64,000 bases of DNA. Origin: an uncultured Terracidiphilus sp. GTDB lineage: Bacteria > Acidobacteriota > Terriglobia > Terriglobales > Acidobacteriaceae. The position numbers and the translations under genes were made by a program. Position 1 is the stretch's first letter. Each line of letters opens with the position of its first letter. Location: NCBI GenBank assembly GCA_964438125.1, contig CAYTJN010000001.1, positions 42,641 to 106,640 on the forward strand, given 5' to 3'. The notes below the pieces were generated by a model. The model was not told where the DNA came from. It searched no databases and saw only the letters and a program-made list of their open reading frames with translations. Positions 8,435 to 18,137 of the stretch are shown piece by piece.

Positions 8435-9910
8435 TTACCAGCCTCCCACCAACTCGGCGTTGCGAATTCTCGGCCGATAAACGATAAGGCGATCGATCTT
8501 GCCGAGATCCTCGGTCGAGTCCTTGAGATCGATCGAGTGCTCGGTATCGGTCAGCCCGGTCGCAAGCACATAGCGATACTCGGTTGTCCCGTCGCCGCGA
8601 TCGAGAACCTCGGGCTTTCCCCCGCACACGTAATCTACCGACCAGTTAACGCGGAAGGAACTGTGCAGTGGAACCTTAGAGTGCTCCCAGGCTCGCTCGA
8701 CCATCCAATCACCGGGTTCAATCTGAAGCTTTCCGGAACTGGAAACAAAAGTACCTTCAGAGCTGCCAGTTCCCTGCGGTCCGGACTTGTCTCCTTGAAC
8801 CGCGAAGTTGAATTCCTTCTGATCAGAAGAAAAGTCTGAGAGCGTCGCAGTCCAGTTCTCTGCTACACGATCGTGCATAAGGACAATGCGCCGAATAGCG
8901 GGCCAGTCTGGCACGGTCTCTATTGAAGATGTCCGGCTTACCTGATAGCATCCATCGAGATTTGTTGGCGACTGCCCGTCCACGCTGACGGCCGGCCATG
9001 CGGTCAAAGGTCGATCACTTACAAGTTCCAGGCGCGTTCCCTCAATGCGTACATTCGCACTGCCGGAATCGCGCTCCTGCTCCGTCAGATGAAGCGAGTC
9101 AACATCGTGGGCCATCTCGCCGTTGTATTGACTTACCAATCCATCGAAATACTTGTTAAAGAACTCGGCGATCAATTCTTTGCCGCGAGCATTAGGGTGA
9201 ATCTCGTCGCTTAGCAGATCGCTTGGACTCGATCCGGTACGGAGAAGATACCCTCGCCACCAGTCCCGTTGCGGTTCGACGGCAAGCGCATACTTTCGGG
9301 CCATCGCGGGGATCTTGTGGTAGGACATTTCGTCATTCCACATTCGCTGGTGATACCAAAGCAAACCAGCGCAACCCGCCGGGCGGGAGAGTGTCAGATG
9401 AATCCCCTCGTCGCAACGCGGATCCGGCATCACATCCCCGTGATCTGTCTGCACGATGATGTCAGCCGCGGTACGCGATCGAAACAGCCGGATGATCTTC
9501 TCATAATCGCGGTGATCGCCATACACGTGAAAAATAATCAGGTCCGGATAGAACGCCGCAATGTCCTGTTCCGTTGTACGAACCAAGGCTTGCGACGGAA
9601 ATCCTCCAAGCGCACGATTCTCTACGACAAAGACTGTATTCGGATAGATCTGACGCCAATGCTCTACGACAGCTTCGTGCCATCCGCTGCGGGTGATCGA
9701 CTGGCCATAAAACAAAACCTTGAGAACCTTACGGTCGTTCGGTGAGCTGCCGCGGATGATCGACAGCGTGCGCGCGATTTTCTGTACATCTGGAACACTA
9801 TCGTGTTCCCGGAAGCGAACTAGCATGGTGGCAGCGAACACACCAAGAGTTGCTGCGACGCAGAGAACCAAAGCCACACGTAACCATATCTTGCGCATGG
9901 ATGAATTCAT
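8435..9910 (-). CDS. SGNH/GDSL-type hydrolase or acyltransferase with N-terminal signal/anchor and an extra C-terminal beta-rich domain
   Basis: It has an N-terminal hydrophobic segment, block I VLFYGQSITRSGW, block II ALGGF and block V SDEIHPNARG. About 250 aa at the C-terminus carry no motif I recognise. Confidence 0.6.
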   Translation of the reverse strand: MNSSMRKIWLRVALVLCVAATLGVFAATMLVRFREHDSVPDVQKIARTLSIIRGSSPNDRKVLKVLFYGQSITRSGWHEAVVEHWRQIYPNTVFVVENRALGGFPSQALVRTTEQDIAAFYPDLIIFHVYGDHRDYEKIIRLFRSRTAADIIVQTDHGDVMPDPRCDEGIHLTLSRPAGCAGLLWYHQRMWNDEMSYHKIPAMARKYALAVEPQRDWWRGYLLRTGSSPSDLLSDEIHPNARGKELIAEFFNKYFDGLVSQYNGEMAHDVDSLHLTEQERDSGSANVRIEGTRLELVSDRPLTAWPAVSVDGQSPTNLDGCYQVSRTSSIETVPDWPAIRRIVLMHDRVAENWTATLSDFSSDQKEFNFAVQGDKSGPQGTGSSEGTFVSSSGKLQIEPGDWMVERAWEHSKVPLHSSFRVNWSVDYVCGGKPEVLDRGDGTTEYRYVLATGLTDTEHSIDLKDSTEDLGKIDRLIVYRPRIRNAELVGGW

Positions 9911-9981
9911 TATTGGACCTTGCTCTTGCTTTTGGTTTGATCGTTGTGCGGTGGACGATGCGTATCGAAATTGCTCTTGCT

Positions 9982-11034
9982 TCAGTCTGCGCCACTCTGC
10001 TTGTACTCGATGAGTTTGCGCGCTTTTCTCTGTCTCTTTCCCAGTTCATATTGCAGTTGCCCTGCGAGAATTGGAATCTGCTGGAGATGCGAATGAACCC
10101 CGTACAGCAGTAGAGTTCCGAGGCTCGCATTCTTCCGGCGGGCCTTCCACGCTGAGCGCACCGACAATCCCATGAGCAGGCCAAGCCAGAGCAAGATGGG
10201 GAGGAACCCAAAGAATAAACTGACAAGGATAACAATGGTCAACGAGACAAGCCAGAAGCCTCCGCGCATCAGATTGCGTCTTCGGTCTGTGCTCCAGAAT
10301 GGATCCTCAGTGTTTCGGAAGCGCTCCGATACTTCGGCATAGGCATGGCCGGCGCGCGTGGCGCGCTTCCAATACTGGCTCCAGCGCGTGATTTGCAAAT
10401 CGTGTCCTGTCATTGGGCAATCGATGTGCAATATCGCATAGCCTTGAGATCTTATGCGCCGGCAAAGCTCCGGTTCCTCTCCGGCAATGAGCCGCTCGTC
10501 GAAGCCTCCCGTCCCGACCAGAACCTGGCGGCGCATCAGCACGTCGCCGCCGCAGAACTCCGTGAACCCAGGAGGATACACCCAATCGAGGTCGAGGATG
10601 CGGTTATAGATTGAGGCCTCAGGCTGGATCTCGCGGCGATGCCCCCAGACTGCGCCAACTGAAGGCCCTTGCTCCATTGCCTTACATGCCGCCAAGGCAA
10701 AGTCCGGATCGAGCACGGTATCTCCATCGAGAAAAAGAATCAACTCCGATGTTGCGCACTGCCAGCCGGCGTTTCGTCCGATGGCAGCAGTAGGCCTCTC
10801 CGGATGGACCGCGATTACCTTTGCGCCAGACCGCGCTGCCAACTCCGGGCTGCCATCGGTTGATGAGGAATCAACATAGATCAACTCCTTCACAACAACG
10901 CCTCGAACCCGACCGATGGAGTCGAGGCACGCAGTTAGGCGCTGGCCCTCATTGCGGCCGATCACGACAACCGAGATTGCCGGCGGCGCCGCATCGGATT
11001 CGTTCTCCACGTGATTCTTAGCGACTGGTTGCAT
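9982..11034 (-). CDS. family 2 glycosyltransferase with C-terminal TM helices
   Basis: Motifs are ISVVVIGRNEG, YVDSSSTDGS and FLDGDTVL (DxD), with hydrophobic C-terminal helices. The ORF extends to 11154, but I chose ATG 11034 (MQPVAKN...) to limit overlap with the upstream gene. The start is uncertain. Confidence 0.75.
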   Translation of the reverse strand: MQPVAKNHVENESDAAPPAISVVVIGRNEGQRLTACLDSIGRVRGVVVKELIYVDSSSTDGSPELAARSGAKVIAVHPERPTAAIGRNAGWQCATSELILFLDGDTVLDPDFALAACKAMEQGPSVGAVWGHRREIQPEASIYNRILDLDWVYPPGFTEFCGGDVLMRRQVLVGTGGFDERLIAGEEPELCRRIRSQGYAILHIDCPMTGHDLQITRWSQYWKRATRAGHAYAEVSERFRNTEDPFWSTDRRRNLMRGGFWLVSLTIVILVSLFFGFLPILLWLGLLMGLSVRSAWKARRKNASLGTLLLYGVHSHLQQIPILAGQLQYELGKRQRKARKLIEYKQSGAD

Positions 11035-11608
11035 GCACACTCCGCTCTTCAGCCGCGTTTGCATTGACCTTCTCAACATTTGTTGCAATGGACGGCGTCT
11101 TTCGCGGAAGCACTCGCGCCGGAACTCCGACTGCGACGGAATTAGAGGGAACATCGATAAGAACCACTGCGTTGGCTCCGATTACAACGTCATCCCCTAT
11201 TCGGATCGCGCCAAGGATCTTGGCGCCCGCGCCTATGTCCACACGGTTCCCGAGGATGGGTGCTCCGCGCTGACCGGTGTACTTCAGTCCCACGGTGACG
11301 CCGTTGCGGATCACGCAGTCGTCCCCGAAGACTGCGTCTCCGCTGATGACAATCCCGCCGAAATGGTCGATTCTAAATCGCCGCCCAAGCGTTGCTTCAC
11401 AAGGAAGCTCGATCCCCGTAAGGACTTCGGAAATAGGCTTCAGCACCTTATAGACAAAAGAGAAGGGAACTCGCAGCCAGCGCCAGCGAATCGTATAGCG
11501 CCAGCGCCCATAGCGGTAAACTGCCATTGCCCAAAGACCCTGGCGGGAGATTTGGCGGTCGTGCGTTTGCCAGTCTTCGCGGATGCTGTCGAACAAATCC
11601 AGCCTCAA
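11018..11608 (-). CDS. left-handed beta-helix (hexapeptide) acetyltransferase, serine-acetyltransferase/WcaB-like
   Basis: Hexapeptide repeats are visible: GGIVISGDAVFGDDCVIRNGVTVG...RVDIGAGAKILGAIRIGDDVVIGANAVV. Confidence 0.75.
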   Translation of the reverse strand: MRLDLFDSIREDWQTHDRQISRQGLWAMAVYRYGRWRYTIRWRWLRVPFSFVYKVLKPISEVLTGIELPCEATLGRRFRIDHFGGIVISGDAVFGDDCVIRNGVTVGLKYTGQRGAPILGNRVDIGAGAKILGAIRIGDDVVIGANAVVLIDVPSNSVAVGVPARVLPRKTPSIATNVEKVNANAAEERSVHATSR

Positions 11609-11653
11609 TCCTTTCAGAGCGTTTGCTCAAATCAAGTGCTGTTTTACGGATCG

Positions 11654-12745
11654 TTAGACAGAGAGCGGCACGCCGAGTTCTCGAAGAATCCGCTTGAAGC
11701 CCAATAAAGCGTGAGACTCGGTGCAGTGCTCGGCGGCGAAAGCGCGGCCCGCCTCGCCAAGCTGTGCGCAAAGTTCCGATTCGTACCACATCCGGCGCAA
11801 TACGCTCGTCATTTCATCTACGCTTTTGGCTGAGAACATCAGCGCGTTGTCCCCCTCGCGAACGTAGTCTACAACACCTACTGAGCGTGTGATCGCGAAA
11901 GCTTTGCCCAGATGCATCGCGTTGACCAGCGTAACGTGTCCGCAGGGAACTCGCGCGCCATCCAAAGGAAGTGCCATAAACCTGGAGAACGCAAGTACAT
12001 TCATGGCCTGACCGAAAGGAATATCGGTCATGACTTTGACGTTGGGAGGAATATCAATGCCGACGACATTCTCAGGCCGGACCACCATCACCACCCTGAT
12101 CTCCGGGAGGCGCTTCACCGATTCAATAAATGTCCGGTAGTCGCGCGAGTTTCCCCCAATGGCGCAAAGGTAATCGCCCTCCACGATAGGCTTGCCGGGC
12201 GAATCGATGTGAGGAGGAGCGACACCCCAATGCGTAAACTCCAGAAGCTCCAAGGGAATATTGAAATGCTCGTGATAAAGTTCACGCTCTATCGTTGAAT
12301 AAACCACAAATCTGTCGATCCCCTTAAATCCGAGGCGATGCAGGCGGCTCTTCAATCCGGAGGGCAGCCATGGATAGTTGAAAGAGAAAGCCAAATGCGG
12401 ACCACGATAACTATACAGCTTCAAGAAATGCTGGACAGCAAAGGATATTCGCGGGTCATGCGTAACCACAATGCTCGCGCCCAAGTCTTGTGCCGCGCGC
12501 GCTGCTCTAAGGCAAGCGGAGAACCGTCGCAGGTTGCCGTTGTTTCGAAACAGGGGAGTGTGCAGCGAATCTTTTGCGGAGAAATGCCGCCAGCGTAGCG
12601 TATCTTCGGTGTGGGGTTCAAAAAAATCTCCCTTTTGCGTTGTGTGGGAGCAGTTGATGACCAGCGGTTTCTCTTGAACGACCTGGTCGCTCGCGTCCGC
12701 AACGGATGAAATGGAGATCTCTTCCAGTTGGTTCATTGTGGCCAC
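11654..12745 (-). CDS. GT-B fold glycosyltransferase (GT4-like)
   Basis: The call rests on a 363-aa size, a C-terminal E-x7-E-like region (VVDYVREGDNALMF) and the locus context. This is a weaker motif match than for the other GTs. Confidence 0.55.
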   Translation of the reverse strand: MATMNQLEEISISSVADASDQVVQEKPLVINCSHTTQKGDFFEPHTEDTLRWRHFSAKDSLHTPLFRNNGNLRRFSACLRAARAAQDLGASIVVTHDPRISFAVQHFLKLYSYRGPHLAFSFNYPWLPSGLKSRLHRLGFKGIDRFVVYSTIERELYHEHFNIPLELLEFTHWGVAPPHIDSPGKPIVEGDYLCAIGGNSRDYRTFIESVKRLPEIRVVMVVRPENVVGIDIPPNVKVMTDIPFGQAMNVLAFSRFMALPLDGARVPCGHVTLVNAMHLGKAFAITRSVGVVDYVREGDNALMFSAKSVDEMTSVLRRMWYESELCAQLGEAGRAFAAEHCTESHALLGFKRILRELGVPLSV

Positions 12746-12851
12746 GATCCTTTGTGATTGGATTCAAAAGTAGACTGGGCGGCTCAATCCAAATGAGACT
12801 TCCTGCGGGTCAAACGCCGATTCATTCTTCCGTCCGCCGCTCATTCAAGGA

Positions 12852-13454
12852 CTATCGTTCGCGTATTCCGGCCGATGCGCTAACTGCGCGCGCAGGCACT
12901 CCCACGACCGTCGCTCCCGGCGGCACATCGCGGGTGACCACCGCGTTGGCGCCTACGGTCGCTCCGTCTCCGATCGTAACTCCGCCTAGTACAGTCACGC
13001 CACGACCAATCCACACCTCATTGCCGATGTCGATGGGTTGCGCGATGTGGCCAGACTCGCGAATTGTCAATCCCGGTAGTCGGACATGATTTGCGTCGCG
13101 TATGCTTGAGTACTCGCCAATCATGGTGCCATCGCCGATGGTTATACTTTCGTGTGAAACGATGTGCACTCCGCGCGAAAGCACGACTTCGTTGCCGAGG
13201 TGAATGTATCCGCTGTCCTCTGTTTCAAAATAGACTGCCGGATACAGGAGCACATCCTGCCCGATGCGGATCATGCCGGTGCCGTGCACTTCTGCAGGAC
13301 CCAGTACGAGCACCGACGCATGGAGCGAATGCGAAAGCTTGGACGACAGTAGGGCGTGGTTGCGGATGTTCCCGATGCTTCGACGCAGTCCAAAGGTCGT
13401 TCGGTAAAACAACGACAGCAGCGATGTTAGCAATGATTTCAGTTTGCGGCGCAT
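12852..13454 (-). CDS. hexapeptide-repeat acetyltransferase
   Basis: Motif: NEVWIGRGVTVLGGVTIGDGATVGANAVVTRDVPPGATVVGVPAR. I chose the start at ATG 13454 (MRRKLKS) because the longer ORF overlaps the upstream GT2. Confidence 0.8.
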   Translation of the reverse strand: MRRKLKSLLTSLLSLFYRTTFGLRRSIGNIRNHALLSSKLSHSLHASVLVLGPAEVHGTGMIRIGQDVLLYPAVYFETEDSGYIHLGNEVVLSRGVHIVSHESITIGDGTMIGEYSSIRDANHVRLPGLTIRESGHIAQPIDIGNEVWIGRGVTVLGGVTIGDGATVGANAVVTRDVPPGATVVGVPARAVSASAGIRER

Positions 13455-13498
13455 AGAGTTTCCTGGCAGATCGATGTGGGCTTCATGGCGCAGGTTAT

Positions 13499-14503
13499 TT
13501 ACCACGGCTGTTGAGGAGAGAAGCGTCCACCCCTTGTATCGCGCCAGGCCTCGCTCATGATCGTGATCATGAATCGATCCGTTTTGGCACTCTCGCGGCG
13601 ATCTGGATTTCTGCTCCATCGCCTCCGATGCGAGCGCAGCCAATACCAGCTAGCTTCGATTACCATAGCCAGCCATACGGACAATCCATGATGTTTTCGA
13701 TAGTAGAGCAGCATACTCCTCATGCGCCATAGAGTGAGTTGTGCCCCGGTGCGGGAGAACTGGAGCGATCGCACCTGCCGGGAGGACTCTCCACCGATAT
13801 GAACGATGGCGATATCCGGCCAATACCAGATGGAGTATCCATGTTCCTTGATACGTTTGCAAAAGTCGACCTCTTCGAAGTAAAGGAAGAAGCGCGGGTC
13901 GAAGGGGCCTACCGCTGCAAGCACTTCGGCGCGTACGATCGAATACGCGCCGGGAACCCAGTCGACCTCCGCTGCTTCCATTGGATTGGCCCAGGTGCGG
14001 TCGGCACGCCCAAAGAAACGCGATCTTGGAAACTGCGCCGCAAGCCCAGAAAGAACCAGCAGGTCGCTGAATGCGGTCGGAAACATACGCGCCGATGGCT
14101 GCCATGAGCCATCCCGTCCTGTTAGGCGTCCGCCGCCCAGCCCCGCATCGGGAGTCTGGTCCATATGTGCAACTGACCTTTCGAGCGATCCTTCAGTTAG
14201 AAATGCATCCGAGTTAAGAAGAACAATGTACCGACCACGTGCAAATTGGAAGCCGCGATTGTTCGCAGGGCCAAAACCAAGATTGATCTCACTCCGGACC
14301 AAGAAAACATCCGGAAACTCTTGCTCGATCATAGCGGGAGAGCCGTCCGTCGAAGCGTTATCGACCACAATGACCTGGACCCGTAGCGACCCCCTTTCGC
14401 GAAAAACTGCACGAAGACATTCTCGTAAAACGTCTCTAGTATTGAAGGACACAATCACGATGGAAACGTCGAATCGAAAGACAATCGAGCTCTGAGTATG
14501 CAT
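13499..14503 (-). CDS. family 2 glycosyltransferase (rhamnosyltransferase-like)
   Basis: Motifs are VSIVIVSFNTRD, VVDNASTDGS and LLNSDAF. ATG 14503 is preceded by AAGAGGG and lies 7 nt after the upstream stop. Confidence 0.8.
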   Translation of the reverse strand: MHTQSSIVFRFDVSIVIVSFNTRDVLRECLRAVFRERGSLRVQVIVVDNASTDGSPAMIEQEFPDVFLVRSEINLGFGPANNRGFQFARGRYIVLLNSDAFLTEGSLERSVAHMDQTPDAGLGGGRLTGRDGSWQPSARMFPTAFSDLLVLSGLAAQFPRSRFFGRADRTWANPMEAAEVDWVPGAYSIVRAEVLAAVGPFDPRFFLYFEEVDFCKRIKEHGYSIWYWPDIAIVHIGGESSRQVRSLQFSRTGAQLTLWRMRSMLLYYRKHHGLSVWLAMVIEASWYWLRSHRRRWSRNPDRRESAKTDRFMITIMSEAWRDTRGGRFSPQQPW

Positions 14504-14510
14504 AGCCCTC

Positions 14511-15863
14511 TTAGATGCTATTGGGCGCATGCTCCCGAAAAACACGCGCCAGCAAGCCAACGTTTAACGGCAGGTTGTAAAGATCGAGCACTCGCTTGCA
14601 AGCTGCCGCTCCAAGACTGCGCCGCAAGGATGGATCTTCGATAAGCCGTTCGATTGCCGACGCCAAGGCTTCGATCGAGGAGGCGGGAACGAGCAATCCG
14701 TCGAGACCATCGCGAATCAGTTCGGGGATACCCGCAATGCGTGTGCTCACGCAAGGAACCTCCATGGCCATCGCCTCCATCAGTGCGACCGGCACGCCTT
14801 CGGCAAAACTGGCCAAGGCGAAGATATCCGCGGAGTCAAGCAAGCGCCGCGTCTCGTCGTGGCTTTTTGCTCCCTCGAAGACCACGGGGATCTTCTCCTG
14901 CTCCGCGTAGACTTGCAAATGTTCAAGGTCAGGCCCAGCGCCCACGAGACGCACCCGAAATGAATGGCCGGAGGCAAGCAAGATAGCGCAAGCCCTCAAG
15001 AGGATGAGCTGTCCTTTCGATGGTACAAGCCGGCCTACGCATAGGATCTCGAGCGGGCCTCCTTCGGGCTCAAACTGTTTCCGCGACGGACGAAAGACAT
15101 TTGGATCGATTCCCAGTCTCACTACATGCATCTTGTCCCAGTGGACCGGAGCCGCGATGCGCATCAACTGGCTTCGGCAAAAGTCGCTGATGCAGAGGAT
15201 AAACTTTGCGTGCTCGATCTTCTGAGGGAGATAGAATTTCTCCACATCGTAGAATTCGTCCGGGCCGTGTACAGTCAGCGAATAAGAGAAACCCCACGCC
15301 GCCGATGCCAACATGCCCACAGTCGCCACCGGGCCGCAAAAGTGAATGTGAAGATGATGAAGACCGCGCAAACGCATCCAGTCGCCCAGAATGAGAGCCT
15401 CGGCAAAATAGAAGAGAGAATAAAGAGTCGCGGTCGGATTCCACTGCCCCAATCGCAGTGCGCCCGCCAGCCCCCGGGCAAAGACCATGGGCCTCAGAAG
15501 CAGCGTCTTCGCGGCAATCGCCGTGGCGCGCGCAGTTCCCTTTGACTTGATGTAAAACGTCCTGTCGGCCTCTTCCACTTCCGCCACCGGCATCGAAGTA
15601 CGTGGCCGGTCGGGCGGATTGATCGATGCTACTTCAACATTGCAGCCGTGTTTCCTGAGCTCTTTGATTTCGTTTAGAAAGAATGTGTGCGAGACGGCAG
15701 GATAGCGACTCAGAAGATAGACAAGCCGCCAAGGAGTTGCCCCGTTCCGATCCTTCGCCGCGCGGAGTTCGTCGGTGAGCGCGGAATCTGTGTGTGTTTC
15801 TGTATTCAAAATCATCGCTGCACTGCCGGCTCGCTGCCTTAGATTCTCAGAGCTCGTGTCCAT
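14511..15863 (-). CDS. group 1 (GT4) glycosyltransferase, WcaL-like
   Basis: The N-terminus reads LVYLLSRYPAVSHTFFLNEI. The C-terminus reads SFAEGVPVALMEAMAMEVPCVSTRIAGIPELI (EX7E). Confidence 0.8.
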   Translation of the reverse strand: MDTSSENLRQRAGSAAMILNTETHTDSALTDELRAAKDRNGATPWRLVYLLSRYPAVSHTFFLNEIKELRKHGCNVEVASINPPDRPRTSMPVAEVEEADRTFYIKSKGTARATAIAAKTLLLRPMVFARGLAGALRLGQWNPTATLYSLFYFAEALILGDWMRLRGLHHLHIHFCGPVATVGMLASAAWGFSYSLTVHGPDEFYDVEKFYLPQKIEHAKFILCISDFCRSQLMRIAAPVHWDKMHVVRLGIDPNVFRPSRKQFEPEGGPLEILCVGRLVPSKGQLILLRACAILLASGHSFRVRLVGAGPDLEHLQVYAEQEKIPVVFEGAKSHDETRRLLDSADIFALASFAEGVPVALMEAMAMEVPCVSTRIAGIPELIRDGLDGLLVPASSIEALASAIERLIEDPSLRRSLGAAACKRVLDLYNLPLNVGLLARVFREHAPNSI

Positions 15864-15874
15864 GCGTGACCACC

Positions 15875-17161
15875 TCAGTTTTGCTGGGAAATCGTGGCGG
15901 ATGAAACCAGTGTGTCTTGGAATTCCGCTGGAACCTTAGGCTTCGCTGCAAGCGAGTTATAGATGTCAATGATCTGGTCGATCTTTCGCTGCCAGTCAAA
16001 ATCGCGAACCGCTCGTTCGCGCCCGGCGGCGCCCATGGATTCTGCCAGTACGGGCGAGTCGATCATCTTCTGCATCGCTTCAGCAAATCCGGCCACTAGC
16101 GCAGCGTAGCCTTCGGGCGACACAAGCATTCCACAAGAGGAGTCGAGATAGTCTGCGGGTCCGCCCCAGTTGGTGGCAACGACAGGCTTGCCCATGGCCA
16201 TGGCCTCCAGGACTACGGCTCCCCCGCATTCATATATGCTGGGTAAAACCAGCGCAACGGCGGTGCGAAGGCGGGCAGCACAATCCTGCTGCGGCAGCCA
16301 TCCAACAAAATCGACGCGGTCCTTCAAGCATAGTTCACTCGCCAGCGATCGCCAGGTTTCCAGCATGGGCCCGTCACCAATGATCTCCAAGCATGCCGCT
16401 GGAACGCTCAGAAGCGCCCGAATTGCAATGTCTACAGCCTTCCAATCCACGAGCCGCCCAATGAAGACGAAGCGAGGAACCTTGCTCACAGCGTTGTTGG
16501 ACGCTTCTTGCCAGATGTCGAAGTCGATGCCGTTCTCCACCAGTTCAATCACGCGGCCGCGAACTCCCGATGGCAGAGCACGCCGCGTGCGTTCATTCGC
16601 AACAAGCACGACCTCCGCCTCCTTCTTGCCCGGAAGCAGTGCGTTGCCGGCGTTTGAAAACAGCCGGGCTACAACGATGGCCGCGCGGCTCATCCAAGAC
16701 TCGGTGCGGCGAAAAGACGGTGGGTATTCCATTCCCCCATTCAGGGGTCCAATTATCACCGGCGCACCCAAGCCGAAGATCGCTGAAGGAAAGCGCGGCG
16801 CAACAGGAATCGGTTGGTGAATCACGTCGATCTGGTGTTCGCGAATTAGCCGGCGCACAATTGCGCGCTGACAGAATTGCGTAATGAGTTGGTTGAGAAG
16901 GCCGAATGTGGATTCCGAAACTCGCCTGGGCAGATAGCGGCTGAGATGAAAGAAAAGCTTTTGTATCCACATGTCCGGAATAAATACCATCCTGTCGATC
17001 TGCTCCGGGAATAATTCCTCCACTTCGCTCCGTGTTCGCGAGTGCACAACCAGCCAGCTTTCGATCCCGCGAGACCGCAGCAGGCGAAAATAATGTACCG
17101 GAAGGATGGCCTCACCGCCGAAGCGTGTCGAGGCGTGTTCGGCAACAATGCATATTCGCAT
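15875..17161 (-). CDS. group 1 (GT4) glycosyltransferase
   Basis: Motifs are MRICIVAEHASTRFGGEA and ECGGAVVLEAMAMGKPVVATNWGGPADY. Confidence 0.8.
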   Translation of the reverse strand: MRICIVAEHASTRFGGEAILPVHYFRLLRSRGIESWLVVHSRTRSEVEELFPEQIDRMVFIPDMWIQKLFFHLSRYLPRRVSESTFGLLNQLITQFCQRAIVRRLIREHQIDVIHQPIPVAPRFPSAIFGLGAPVIIGPLNGGMEYPPSFRRTESWMSRAAIVVARLFSNAGNALLPGKKEAEVVLVANERTRRALPSGVRGRVIELVENGIDFDIWQEASNNAVSKVPRFVFIGRLVDWKAVDIAIRALLSVPAACLEIIGDGPMLETWRSLASELCLKDRVDFVGWLPQQDCAARLRTAVALVLPSIYECGGAVVLEAMAMGKPVVATNWGGPADYLDSSCGMLVSPEGYAALVAGFAEAMQKMIDSPVLAESMGAAGRERAVRDFDWQRKIDQIIDIYNSLAAKPKVPAEFQDTLVSSATISQQN

Positions 17162-17167
17162 AGGCGC

Positions 17168-18124
17168 TCACGCAGTACGGAAGATTTGGTAGTATCCCAA
17201 GGCTGCGAGCACTCGCTTGAATGCAAGTTCACGCGCATAATGTTTCGGAGTCAATTCTTCAAATGGAATCGTGCGACCCGGCTGAGTCAGCGTGGCTCGC
17301 CCGTCTACCAATCCGGTCTCGCGGGCTGCATGCAACCACCACTTTGCCTCGCCTCCGGCGTGGAAGCATTTCAGGCTCGCCCAAGATTCCGATCGCAGAA
17401 TGCTCTGCCCGCTCACGCCAAGTTTCGTCATCACGCGCTTTGCCGGCGAACGGCGCCAGCATCTCCAGAATGCGGGATCAAGATGGCCTCCACCCTCGCG
17501 CATGGCCAGCGCCGCCCACACGATCGCTTCTACGTGCATGATGCGCGGCAGATTATCGCCGCCCAGTTTGCCCACCAGCCAGTCCAGCCAATCCAGATCT
17601 GTCGATGCGCGCCAGTGCGCGACTCCGATATCCACATGGTGCGCGAGCCGGATTCCGCTGCCGAGAGCTGTCCTGACTACCTCGGGGGGGAAAAGGCAGT
17701 TCGGCTGTTGCCACATCAGCAATAGTCCGGTTGCGGGTGTTTTCTCAAACTGAAATCGATTGGGGAAATAAAGATCTGGATCCAGGAGCACCATCTCCGC
17801 ATCAGGTTCGCTCACTAGAAGTGGATCGGTGATCTTGCGCCAGCACGGGTGCCCGCGGCGAAACTTGCGCAGGTTGTTATATCTCGCGAAGACAGCATCC
17901 TCACGCGCCTTCAAATTGTCCTCGGAATAGACCGTCCACTTGTGAGACCTGACATCAAGAGCCGTCAAAACCTCTGAGAGTTCCTCGCTGTCCTGCCTCG
18001 AGTCGGTGATCAGACGCAGGTGTATCGATTCAAGAGAATTCGAAAACAAACTTTCTAACGCATCTTTGGCATAGCTTAGAGAGCGCGGCGAGAGCACCAT
18101 ATACACTTCGCGCATTGTAGACAT
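17168..18124 (-). CDS. hypothetical protein, possible GT-A-like nucleotide-sugar transferase (DxD-like LLDPDLYF)
   Basis: The 318-aa ORF is tightly packed: 13 nt after the C-T-TE gene and 6 nt before the next GT4. Only a DPD motif is recognisable. Confidence 0.4.
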   Translation of the reverse strand: MSTMREVYMVLSPRSLSYAKDALESLFSNSLESIHLRLITDSRQDSEELSEVLTALDVRSHKWTVYSEDNLKAREDAVFARYNNLRKFRRGHPCWRKITDPLLVSEPDAEMVLLDPDLYFPNRFQFEKTPATGLLLMWQQPNCLFPPEVVRTALGSGIRLAHHVDIGVAHWRASTDLDWLDWLVGKLGGDNLPRIMHVEAIVWAALAMREGGGHLDPAFWRCWRRSPAKRVMTKLGVSGQSILRSESWASLKCFHAGGEAKWWLHAARETGLVDGRATLTQPGRTIPFEELTPKHYARELAFKRVLAALGYYQIFRTA

Positions 18125-18137
18125 AGGGGGCTCCTGT

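Noticed and set aside
8144-17725. Several 200+ aa plus-strand ORFs (8144-8839, 11033-11707, 16170-16820, 17042-17725)
   Set aside because: All are antisense to minus-strand genes with clear family motifs (ACP/SGNH, acetyltransferase, GT4, hypothetical protein). Their compositions are typical of non-coding frames in GC-rich DNA.
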